Of a stretch of 10,548 nt of DNA, positions 1 through 6,397 are shown piece after piece (within the stretch, counting starts at the first letter, position 1; the number at the start of each line of letters is the position of its first letter). A program made the position numbers and the translations under genes. Under the pieces are notes generated by a model. That model searched no databases. It saw only the letters and a list, made by a program, of their open reading frames with translations, and was not told the origin of the DNA. This DNA is from Bdellovibrionales bacterium. GTDB taxonomy: Bacteria > Bdellovibrionota > Bdellovibrionia > Bdellovibrionales > UBA840. The stretch lies in assembly GCA_037969075.1 (NCBI GenBank), contig JBBKWS010000083.1, positions 1 to 10,548 of the forward strand, given 5' to 3'.

Positions 1-134
1 AAAATAGAATAGTGACAGGTGTAAAAGTGGCAATCAGTGTTATCCTAGTTTAATATATTATTATATAATATTACCTCCTGCCTTTCTTACGATATCCAAT
101 TTATAAAACTATACTTAGGACTATAGCTGATTAC

Positions 135-161
135 AAACTGCTCCCTTATCGTGGATATAAT
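135..161 (+). repeat. Terminal inverted repeat of IS (downstream of transposase)
   Basis: aaactgctcccttatcgtggatataat; the reverse complement of 1136-1162 is aaactgctcccttatagtggatataat (26/27 identical). Confidence 0.92.
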
Positions 162-220
162 TTTGCTGTATCTCTTTAGACACCCAAGTTTAAATCCCGG
201 ACATTTCTGATTTTTAAACC

Positions 221-1075
221 CTATTTTGTTAAATGAAAATTATGATAATGCATATAGATCTCTAAGTGACGCCTTAAGCTTGCTCGACTCTTTGTCGTGC
301 ACCAAGTTCTCCTCACTAAGCGATTTACATTTGCCCTAACCATGGCACAAGTATGATTTAGGGAAAACAGAGGGTCATAACCTCCGGCCTTCAACTCTCC
401 TTGTCCCACCACACAACCTTTTCTACCCTTATATTGTTTATACCTAACTTGCAGAAAGTGCTTTCTAACTAATCTCATGTATCTTGGGCACTCATCTGAC
501 TCTACTAATACTAAAGTCCTATCTTTTAACCTGTTCAGCACATCATCCATACACTTTGTTCTCTCATCCTTCCTTCGACCATATTTTCTGACCGATCTCT
601 TCGCTAATAAGCCTTTTGAGGGCATCTCGCACACATCAATCCCTAATATCTTTCGACTCCCTCTCTCTACTACAATTGGAATGGATACAGGCTTTAATTT
701 TGTATGCTCAAAACTTTCCATCTCATCAAATTGAACCTCTGCAATATCTAGGCTGTTAATATAGTCTCTATTTTCTACAGCACATAGATTTGATAAAAAT
801 ACGATCTTCCTGGCTACTGTTTTTAAATTAATCCGTAAAGTTCGGGCTATTCTTCTTTGTGAGCTACAGCTGACATACATTTTATAAATACTTGGATTTA
901 GGCGACGCTTCTTTTGCTTATAATTTATAGAGCAGCTTGCGCTCGAAAAACCACGTTTGCAGCTTTGGCATTGATATCTTTGAATATATTTAGAGTCCGA
1001 CTTTCTGAAGTAGACACCTCGTTTTACGGACGCCTTTATTTGTGTGCAGTTGTTATTTGGGCATTCTGTATTCAT
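221..1075 (-). CDS. IS1-like DDE-type transposase, 284 aa (Zn ribbon + HTH + catalytic domain)
   Basis: N-terminal C5/C10...C36/C39 zinc ribbon (RYQCQSCKRGF); HTH-like SQRRIARTLRINLKTVARK; VQFDEM (D117/E118); VESD (D194); C-terminal LNHTCAMVRANVNRLVRRTWCTTKS resembles the IS1 InsB (I)ERxNxxxR...RLxR(K/R)xxxFSKS region. Very basic and flanked by terminal inverted repeats. Confidence 0.85.
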   Translation of the reverse strand: MNTECPNNNCTQIKASVKRGVYFRKSDSKYIQRYQCQSCKRGFSSASCSINYKQKKRRLNPSIYKMYVSCSSQRRIARTLRINLKTVARKIVFLSNLCAVENRDYINSLDIAEVQFDEMESFEHTKLKPVSIPIVVERGSRKILGIDVCEMPSKGLLAKRSVRKYGRRKDERTKCMDDVLNRLKDRTLVLVESDECPRYMRLVRKHFLQVRYKQYKGRKGCVVGQGELKAGGYDPLFSLNHTCAMVRANVNRLVRRTWCTTKSRASLRRHLEIYMHYHNFHLTK

Positions 1076-1135
1076 GAGGGTAAGTAATTCAAAAAGTAGA
1101 CCAATTTTAATTACTTAACAACATCTCTAACTGTG

Positions 1136-1162
1136 ATTATATCCACTATAAGGGAGCAGTTT
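1136..1162 (-). repeat. Terminal inverted repeat of IS (upstream of transposase)
   Basis: attatatccactataagggagcagttt; partner of 135-161. Confidence 0.92.
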
Positions 1163-1258
1163 ATAAAAGTTTAATAAATCTTAACAAGATCTCTACAAGT
1201 TCTTCAGGCTTATTTTTGTATAGAATTATAAATTACCTGCAATAGGTAGGAGTTCTAT

Positions 1259-1411
1259 ATGAAAAAACAAAATCGTAAATCAAAACAAAAAAGTAAAAAA
1301 CCAGATTACACTGAGATCTTAAATGAAATAATTTTTTGGCTAGGCGGCCCGCAACAAATGAGCGCTGGGCAAGGTAAGAGTAGAAGGCAATTGTTTTTAA
1401 TAAAACACTAA
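1259..1411 (+). CDS. Putative small basic protein, 50 aa (MKKQNRKSKQKSKKPDYTEILNEIIFWLGGPQQMSAGQGKSRRQLFLIKH), absent from the ORF track
   Basis: Translated by hand: ATG 1259 to TAA 1409-1411. Shine-Dalgarno AGGAG (1248-1252) lies 6 nt before the ATG. The ORF ends 24 nt before the next gene's start. Confidence 0.5.
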   Translation: MKKQNRKSKQKSKKPDYTEILNEIIFWLGGPQQMSAGQGKSRRQLFLIKH

Positions 1412-1435
1412 TAAACTAATAAAAGGAGACATTTT

Positions 1436-2035
1436 ATGAGCACAGGAAAGAGTCATACAAATAAGAGTAAAGAGGCTGTGTTTTGTATATTCGATACTCG
1501 ATTAGGCGTCGAAGATGCGGTTAGCGCTTTGCAAACGGCAGGTTTTAGAGAGTCAGATATATCAGTATTGTTACCTAAAATGGGAGATACAGAACGATTT
1601 GCACATGAAAAGAACACAAAAGCGCCAGAAGGCACAACCGTTGGTGCTACAACGGGCGCTGTAATTGGTGGCGGCCTTGGTTGGCTAGCAAGTCTTGGCA
1701 TGCTTACAATTCCTGGCGTAGGCCCACTTATGGCAGCGGGTCCTATCGTAGCCACACTTGCTGGTATCGGAGTTGGTGGCGCGGCTGGTGGTCTAACAGG
1801 TGCTTTAATAGGATTTGGAATTCCAGAATTTGAAGCAAAAAGGTATGAAAGTATTATTAAAGATGGTGGCATCTTGCTTTCTGTCCACGTTGACAATTCA
1901 GACTGGAAAGAAAAAGCCGAGACAATACTTGAGAGTATGTCAGCCAGAGACATATCTTGTGTAAAAGAGGTAGCTGCTGCTGAGCGTGATAGAGTGAGTT
2001 CTACAAAAGATATTAATATAACGCCAATATTTTAA
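1436..2035 (+). CDS. Glycine-zipper membrane protein, general-stress (YflT/DUF3341-like) type, 199 aa
   Basis: AVSALQTAGFRESDISVL N-terminus; long GxxxG-rich hydrophobic core (GATTGAVIGGGLGWL...IPGVGPLMAAGPI...GGLTGALIGFGIPEFEAKRYE); GGILLSVH C-terminal motif; strong SD AAGGAG upstream. Confidence 0.8.
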   Translation: MSTGKSHTNKSKEAVFCIFDTRLGVEDAVSALQTAGFRESDISVLLPKMGDTERFAHEKNTKAPEGTTVGATTGAVIGGGLGWLASLGMLTIPGVGPLMAAGPIVATLAGIGVGGAAGGLTGALIGFGIPEFEAKRYESIIKDGGILLSVHVDNSDWKEKAETILESMSARDISCVKEVAAAERDRVSSTKDINITPIF

Positions 2036-2168
2036 TGAGATTAAATCTATTATTTTGGCTATTAAAGTATGTTGTATAGCATCATAAGAATCGCTCTGTA
2101 AGTCTGCGGATTATTTATAGCTATAATAATTAGAGTAAAGAAGTCTACGTAATAAATCTCAAATATAA

Positions 2169-2209
2169 GCCAGAATAGTAGTCTTTTTGACTCTTATTCT
2201 GGCATTTTT
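2169..2209 (+). terminator. Hairpin followed by T-tract; probable intrinsic terminator of the upstream unit
   Basis: GCCAGAATA(2169-2177)/TATTCTGGC(2195-2203) plus inner AGTC/GACT around a TTTTT loop, followed by ATTTTT. Confidence 0.5.
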
Positions 2210-2226
2210 ACGTGGTATTTTTTCTC

Positions 2227-2256
2227 TTGCCGACGCTGATCCTTAACGTTTACTAT
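2227..2256 (+). promoter_or_regulatory. Candidate sigma70 promoter for leucine dehydrogenase
   Basis: TTGCCG-N18-TACTAT, ending about 40 nt upstream of the likely ATG at 2299. Confidence 0.5.
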
Positions 2257-2298
2257 CGTCCCACTAATAACCTTTTAAATACAGTGTTAGGGGGGCCA

Positions 2299-3414
2299 AT
2301 GGCTGCAACTTTTGAAATGATAGAAAAGTATGGTGAGCACGAAGAAGTAGTGTATTGTTACGATAAATCAGCAGGGCTAAAGGCAATCATTGCAATTCAT
2401 AACACAGCGCTAGGACCAGCTCTTGGCGGCACACGCATGTGGAATTATAAAACAGAAGATGAAGCTCTAACAGACGTATTAAGACTATCAAAAGGTATGA
2501 CCTATAAAGCTTCGGCTGCTGGCTTAAACCTTGGTGGCGGGAAAGCAGTTATTATTGGAGATCCAACAAAGAATAAATCAGAAGCTATGTTTAGAGCATT
2601 TGGACAATTTGTAAATTCATTAAACGGTAGATATATTACAGCTGAAGACATAGGAACAACAGTTAAAGATATGGGCCATGTGTTCGCAGAGACCCCGTGG
2701 GTAACTGGTATTGCGCCAGCTCTTGGTGGATCAGGTGATCCAAGTCCATTAACTGCCAATGGAGTGCTACATGGGATTAAAGCTACCGTTAAAGAGCAGT
2801 TTGGTACTACTGAATTAAAAGGACTTCGTGTTGCAGTACAAGGCTTAGGTAAAGTGGGATCATATTTGATCGATTACTTAAAACAAGAGGGTGCAGAAAT
2901 AATAGCAGCTGACATTGATAAAGAGCGCTGTAAAGAAATCGAAGCAAAACACAATGCTAAAATTGTAAGTCCTGATGAAATTTTATTTCAAGAGTGTGAC
3001 GTGCTAGCTCCATGTGCGATGGGTGCAATTTTGAACGATGAAAGTATTCCAAAATTAAAATGTAAAGTGGTAGCGGGCGGAGCAAACAATCAATTGGCAG
3101 AAGCAAAACACGGGGACCAATTAAAAGAAATGGGGATTTTGTATGCCCCAGATTATGTAATCAACGCTGGTGGATTAATGAACGTGTTTGTGGAACTTGA
3201 GGGCTACTCTATCGAAAGAGCGCTTGAAAGAACAGAAACAATTTTCGATAGCTTGCTTGATATTTATAAGATCTCTAAAAAAGAAGGAATACCAACCTAC
3301 AAAGCCGCTGATGCATTAGCAGAGCGCAGGTTAGATAGTATTGGTCGACTTCGTCAAAAGCATCCAGGCAATACATCTCGTCAGTTTACATCATTGAAAG
3401 TGGCAGACAGGTAA
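2299..3414 (+). CDS. ldh: Leucine dehydrogenase (Glu/Leu/Phe/Val dehydrogenase family), 371 aa
   Basis: HEEVVYCYD..GLKAIIAIHNTALGPALGGTRM, LRLSKGMTYK, LGGGKAVIIGDP, YITAEDIGT, VAVQGLGKVG, GGANNQL and YAPDYVINAGG all match LeuDH. Start moved from GTG 2212 to ATG 2299: an AGGGGG SD-like sequence precedes it, family similarity starts there, and a promoter-like motif lies within the extension. Confidence 0.93.
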   Translation: MAATFEMIEKYGEHEEVVYCYDKSAGLKAIIAIHNTALGPALGGTRMWNYKTEDEALTDVLRLSKGMTYKASAAGLNLGGGKAVIIGDPTKNKSEAMFRAFGQFVNSLNGRYITAEDIGTTVKDMGHVFAETPWVTGIAPALGGSGDPSPLTANGVLHGIKATVKEQFGTTELKGLRVAVQGLGKVGSYLIDYLKQEGAEIIAADIDKERCKEIEAKHNAKIVSPDEILFQECDVLAPCAMGAILNDESIPKLKCKVVAGGANNQLAEAKHGDQLKEMGILYAPDYVINAGGLMNVFVELEGYSIERALERTETIFDSLLDIYKISKKEGIPTYKAADALAERRLDSIGRLRQKHPGNTSRQFTSLKVADR

Positions 3415-3421
3415 TGATAAT

Positions 3422-3450
3422 AAAGGGGCCGCATGGCTCCTTTTTTATTT
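3422..3450 (+). terminator. Intrinsic terminator between convergent ldh and SDR genes, possibly bidirectional
   Basis: AAAGGGGCC-GCAT-GGCTCCTTT stem-loop (one G-U pair) followed by TTTATTT; A-rich on the 5' side. Confidence 0.8.
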
Positions 3451-4143
3451 CTATGTAAGTGAAATTCCGCCATCAAAAGTATGGATGGCACCAGTGGTCC
3501 ATTTAGATTGAAACAAATTAAAAATCTCGAGGGCAGCTTCGCTAGCGGTCCCAACTCGTCCTAGAGACTGAAGTTTATCGGCCTCAACCTTTTGCCTTTC
3601 ATTGAAACTATGAATTGGGGTATCAATGATACCCATGTAGATACCATTCACACGAATGGGTGCCCACTCTAGGGCTAATGATTTTACTAGGGATGCTTGC
3701 GCAGCTTTAGCGGCTGAATAAATTGAAGTGTTGGGAATTGGCCTTACTGCCAATGTTGAATTAACAAATAAAACAGATGCATCTGGTGTGTTTGTTAATA
3801 GTGGGTATAAATCTTGATTTAGTTGGATGGTCGAAAACACATGGGTTTGAAACTCTTTTAAAATATCTTCTGCTGAAAATTCACCGAAGGGCTTTCTAAT
3901 AACGATGCCAGCGTTATGAATGATGCCGTGAAGCTGTTTTTTTTCTAAAAGTAAGTCTTTAGTGAATGCATGAATAGATTCTTTAGACAGTAAGTCTACT
4001 GACACAGGCTTGATATTAGGATGTTTGGCTGCATTATTAAGATTGCGGCCTAAAGCGATCACTTCATAATCGTTATGGGCAAATAAAAGACTTGTTTCAA
4101 AACCTATACCTGAAGTGGCACCGGTTACGATAATACGTTTCAT
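3451..4143 (-). CDS. Classical short-chain dehydrogenase/reductase (SDR), 230 aa
   Basis: TGATSGIG Rossmann motif, HNAG, catalytic S...YSAAK, IRVN, and TGAIHTFDGG C-terminus. Confidence 0.93.
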   Translation of the reverse strand: MKRIIVTGATSGIGFETSLLFAHNDYEVIALGRNLNNAAKHPNIKPVSVDLLSKESIHAFTKDLLLEKKQLHGIIHNAGIVIRKPFGEFSAEDILKEFQTHVFSTIQLNQDLYPLLTNTPDASVLFVNSTLAVRPIPNTSIYSAAKAAQASLVKSLALEWAPIRVNGIYMGIIDTPIHSFNERQKVEADKLQSLGRVGTASEAALEIFNLFQSKWTTGAIHTFDGGISLT

Positions 4144-4146
4144 AAA

Positions 4147-4626
4147 TTAAGGATTAGCATTTAGATAAAAATCTAGCAAATCATAATAAGAAGAAACTGA
4201 GTCTATGTTTTCAGATATCTGTCGTTCTCTCAGGTATTGGCGAGCGGTTCTTCGCATCCATTGAATCTCTTTCATGATTGGTTGATGAACGACATTTGTA
4301 AGAACCTGATTATCAACAATAACGGTAATATCACTGTTTTGCCTTAAAATATCAAATAATCGAACCTGATCTAGATAGGTCTGAGAATTAACTTCTACTT
4401 TAAAATCAACGCCTGGTTTCAGTAAGAGTAGATTAACTAAGGCCGCATTGTGCTGATGATCATTAGTAAATATATTCTTGAGCTCTAGAGATTCATTTCT
4501 CTCGGCTGTAACTACTTTTTGTAAATCAAAAGTAAACCCTACTTTAGGGCTATCCCATAGCGCGTGGCAAAAAGGGCCGGACGCAAAAGATAGAGAAGAT
4601 AATATAATTCCTAATAGTAGTACCAT
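4147..4626 (-). CDS. Hypothetical secreted protein, 159 aa
   Basis: Short hydrophobic N-terminus ending SFA-S (signal peptidase I-like site); GGAG SD 7 nt upstream; stop lies 3 nt before the SDR start, suggesting an operon. Confidence 0.65.
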   Translation of the reverse strand: MVLLLGIILSSLSFASGPFCHALWDSPKVGFTFDLQKVVTAERNESLELKNIFTNDHQHNAALVNLLLLKPGVDFKVEVNSQTYLDQVRLFDILRQNSDITVIVDNQVLTNVVHQPIMKEIQWMRRTARQYLRERQISENIDSVSSYYDLLDFYLNANP

Positions 4627-4709
4627 GCCTTACTCCATGCAAAATCCAGGGCCGGGTTAAATCGATTTAGTTTGATGAGAGGGTGGAAACTAACAGAAAG
4701 CGGCAGCAT

Positions 4710-4737
4710 TTGTCAAATTTTGTCAGTCATCTGTCAA
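4710..4737. repeat. Three helically phased (T/C)TGTCA direct repeats; candidate regulator-binding site
   Basis: TGTCA at 4711, 4721 and 4732 (10- and 11-bp period) in a divergent intergenic region. Confidence 0.5.
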
Positions 4738-4762
4738 ATAGTTCGATAGGTTGGAGCTGAGG

Positions 4763-4779
4763 TAGGCACAACCATTGCT
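4763..4779 (+). promoter_or_regulatory. sigma54 (RpoN) -24/-12 promoter
   Basis: TAGGCACAACCATTGCT versus consensus TGGCAC-N5-TTGCW, with exact GG-N10-GC spacing; ends 27 nt upstream of ATG 4807. Confidence 0.7.
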
Positions 4780-4806
4780 TTATAAGATACCGGAAGGTAC
4801 GTAAAC

Positions 4807-5295
4807 ATGAAATACACTATATTTATATTTTCAATCCTATATATGTGCTTATTATTTTCTAGAGTTTCTGTGGCAAGTGAAAGCTTTCAATATCAACTGG
4901 ATTCTTGCAATAAGACTTTGGCTACTAAGAACCCTATAGAAGACTACATGGGGCAAGATGTATCTGTTGTTGTGAACGAGCAGGGAATTGTAGCAATTCA
5001 GCCAACAAATAATTTTCCTTTGCAACTGATCGGTAGCGAAAGACAGGTTGTTGATACTTTAACTTCTAGATTTTCATATTCAGTAAACTCCCCTGAGAAA
5101 AATGCCTTCCAAGTAGAGTTGAATGAAGAGAGCTTAGGGATTAATAAAGATTTTACAAGAGAATCACAAGTTCATGAAATTAATATTCGTGCTGTTGAAG
5201 ATAGGATTGTGGTAGAGTGGACTCAAGTTGATCTAGAGTGGGATAATTATTTTTCTTGCACATACAAACCCGAAATGATCACAGCAAAGAATTAA
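4807..5295 (+). CDS. Hypothetical secreted protein, 162 aa
   Basis: MKY + hydrophobic stretch + SVA-S cleavage-like site; acidic, beta-rich-looking mature part with two Cys near its ends; GGAAGG SD-like sequence upstream. Confidence 0.7.
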   Translation: MKYTIFIFSILYMCLLFSRVSVASESFQYQLDSCNKTLATKNPIEDYMGQDVSVVVNEQGIVAIQPTNNFPLQLIGSERQVVDTLTSRFSYSVNSPEKNAFQVELNEESLGINKDFTRESQVHEINIRAVEDRIVVEWTQVDLEWDNYFSCTYKPEMITAKN

Positions 5296-5972
5296 GCTGC
5301 AAATGGAATAGTTCCGCAATCCACTAAAATATCTTTTAACGCGTCATCAAAAGTATTATATTTTCTACGATCTAAACCTACAAACTGCATTCCATAGCCA
5401 CTATGTTTAGAGTGTCTTATCACCCTGGCAGATGTTCTTACTTCTCTTGTTTTCAATAGAATATTTAGGTACACAATTGATCCCGGCAGTAATGAGTGAT
5501 CACAATCAATCAAGCAGCCTGTATTACTGATATCAATGATTTTAGCAGTAATATGCTGATCAGCGGCTCTATCTTTTATAGAGCAATCAATATCTAATTG
5601 ATATCTGGAGCTGGCAGGGGACAATTCAAAAGAATGCATTACAAATTGTACGTGTGCAGCTTTTACAGCAAAAAAGCAAAGTGAAATTGTTGCGATAAAA
5701 TAAATGTACGAATTCAACGAAGGGTCAAACACGACCACATTTAGCATGCAGATTCCAGCTAACAGACTAAATATTTTGTAGTAATTTACAACTCGTCGTC
5801 GAACGGTTAACAAAGATTCAAATATAAAAGAAGCTCCCAGTAACAAAGTAATCACTAGCATCCATTTATGTGTGGAGGCTAATTGCTTAGCCTGCGATAT
5901 TGCGCACAAGCTAACAAGTGTTATTACTGTAATTCCTAAAATGTGAATAGAGAGCTTCTTTATTTTTGTCAT
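5292..5972 (-). CDS. Membrane protein (about 4 TM) with C-terminal PilZ domain, 226 aa
   Basis: Four hydrophobic segments in residues ~7-105, then SRYQLDIDCSI...IIDISNTGCLI...ARVIR...YGMQFVGL, which is the PilZ pattern with an intact DxSxxG motif. Confidence 0.85.
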   Translation of the reverse strand: MTKIKKLSIHILGITVITLVSLCAISQAKQLASTHKWMLVITLLLGASFIFESLLTVRRRVVNYYKIFSLLAGICMLNVVVFDPSLNSYIYFIATISLCFFAVKAAHVQFVMHSFELSPASSRYQLDIDCSIKDRAADQHITAKIIDISNTGCLIDCDHSLLPGSIVYLNILLKTREVRTSARVIRHSKHSGYGMQFVGLDRRKYNTFDDALKDILVDCGTIPFAA

Positions 5973-5982
5973 CGGTGTTTAC

Positions 5983-6186
5983 CTAAGCTGCTCGAGCCTT
6001 AAATTGTTGTAATTTCTTGTCAAAGTCTTTTGCTTTGTGGCCTTCACCGGTAATTAAACCTTCTTTGTACCACATAAAATGTTCTTCACAAAAACTAGCT
6101 CTTGTATCACGTTTGCTGCAACCTTCTGTGCAACAACGAGTTAATGCCACTACATTATTTACTTCTTTTTTTGGATTCTTACTCAT
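5983..6186 (-). CDS. Small basic Cys/His protein, putative zinc finger, 67 aa
   Basis: CCTEGCSKRDTRASFCEEH (C-x3/4-C-x9-C-x2-H); strong SD AAGGAG 5 nt upstream of the ATG; stop lies 10 nt before the PilZ gene start. Confidence 0.8.
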   Translation of the reverse strand: MSKNPKKEVNNVVALTRCCTEGCSKRDTRASFCEEHFMWYKEGLITGEGHKAKDFDKKLQQFKARAA

Positions 6187-6220
6187 ACATGCTCCTTAAA
6201 ATGTAATAAAGCCCACTTTC

Positions 6221-6247
6221 TTTTCGGCAGAAACGAGAGGATCTTTA
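6221..6247 (-). promoter_or_regulatory. sigma28 (FliA/SigD)-type promoter, leftward
   Basis: Minus strand TAAA-gatcctctcgtttct(15)-GCCGAAAA versus consensus TAAA-N15-GCCGATAA (one mismatch); 34 nt upstream of ATG 6186. Confidence 0.8.
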
Positions 6248-6306
6248 AGACTAGTTTCTGCTTTTAGGACTTTTTCTGTACTAAAGTGAGATCGACGAAT
6301 GTCTTG

Positions 6307-6319
6307 TAAGTCATTGATA
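6307..6319 (-). promoter_or_regulatory. IHF consensus site
   Basis: Minus strand TATCAATGACTTA is an exact WATCAA-N4-TTR match, with AT-rich sequence on its 5' side. Confidence 0.45.
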
Positions 6320-6352
6320 TTTAAAGGCTATTATTAAGTTTGATTTTTTGTC

Positions 6353-6379
6353 TCAATTTTAGCTGTTATATTCCGATAC
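6353..6379 (+). promoter_or_regulatory. sigma28 (FliA/SigD)-type promoter, rightward
   Basis: TCAA-ttttagctgttatat(15)-TCCGATAC; CCGATA core with exact 15-nt spacing; 18 nt upstream of ATG 6398. Confidence 0.7.
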
Positions 6380-6397
6380 ATAGTTAGAGGTTTAAAG

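Larger units (their letters stand above)
135..1162 (-). mobile_element. Complete insertion sequence (~1028 bp), IS1/IS1595-like, single transposase ORF
   Basis: A 27-bp inverted repeat pair (135-161 and 1136-1162, one mismatch) closely brackets one transposase-like ORF. Size is typical of IS1/IS1595-type elements. Outer ends are uncertain by a few bases and there is no perfect target-site duplication. Confidence 0.85.

Noticed and set aside
1..80. Perfect AGGAGG(T) on the minus strand (73-79), an AT-only quasi-palindrome (51-73) and a short hydrophobic frame running off the left edge
   Set aside because: No ATG/GTG/TTG at SD distance, and all three frames hit stops within about 30 nt. It could be a decayed gene start, but that cannot be supported without the neighbouring sequence.
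135..161. IS terminal repeats read as dif/Xer sites or CRISPR repeats
   Set aside because: Only two copies, inverted around a transposase; they lack the 11-6-11 XerC/XerD arm arrangement and there is no spacer array.
477..734. 85-aa plus-strand ORF
   Set aside because: Antisense shadow inside the transposase; no SD or recognisable motif.
1453..1953. 166-aa Pro/Ala-rich minus-strand ORF
   Set aside because: Mirror of the Gly/Ala-rich codons of the real plus-strand gene.
2212..2298. 29-codon N-terminal extension of leucine dehydrogenase from GTG 2212
   Set aside because: No SD; it contains a promoter-like motif; family similarity and an SD-like sequence point to ATG 2299.
2502..2759. 85-aa minus-strand ORF
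   Set aside because: Antisense to the well-supported ldh.
4638..4655. sigma54-like CGGCCCTGGATTTTGCA upstream of gene 4626 (minus strand)
   Set aside because: GG-to-GC spacing is 11 nt, and sigma54 requires 10.
4478..4660. 60-aa plus-strand ORF
   Set aside because: Overlaps the minus-strand 159-aa gene, which has an SD and a signal peptide; no independent support.
4723..4749. Weak sigma28-like TCAG-N15-TTCGATAG
   Set aside because: Several mismatches in both boxes; the sigma54 motif downstream is a much better match.
6017..6199. 60-aa plus-strand ORF
   Set aside because: Antisense to the 67-aa Cys/His gene, which has an SD, a promoter and operon context.
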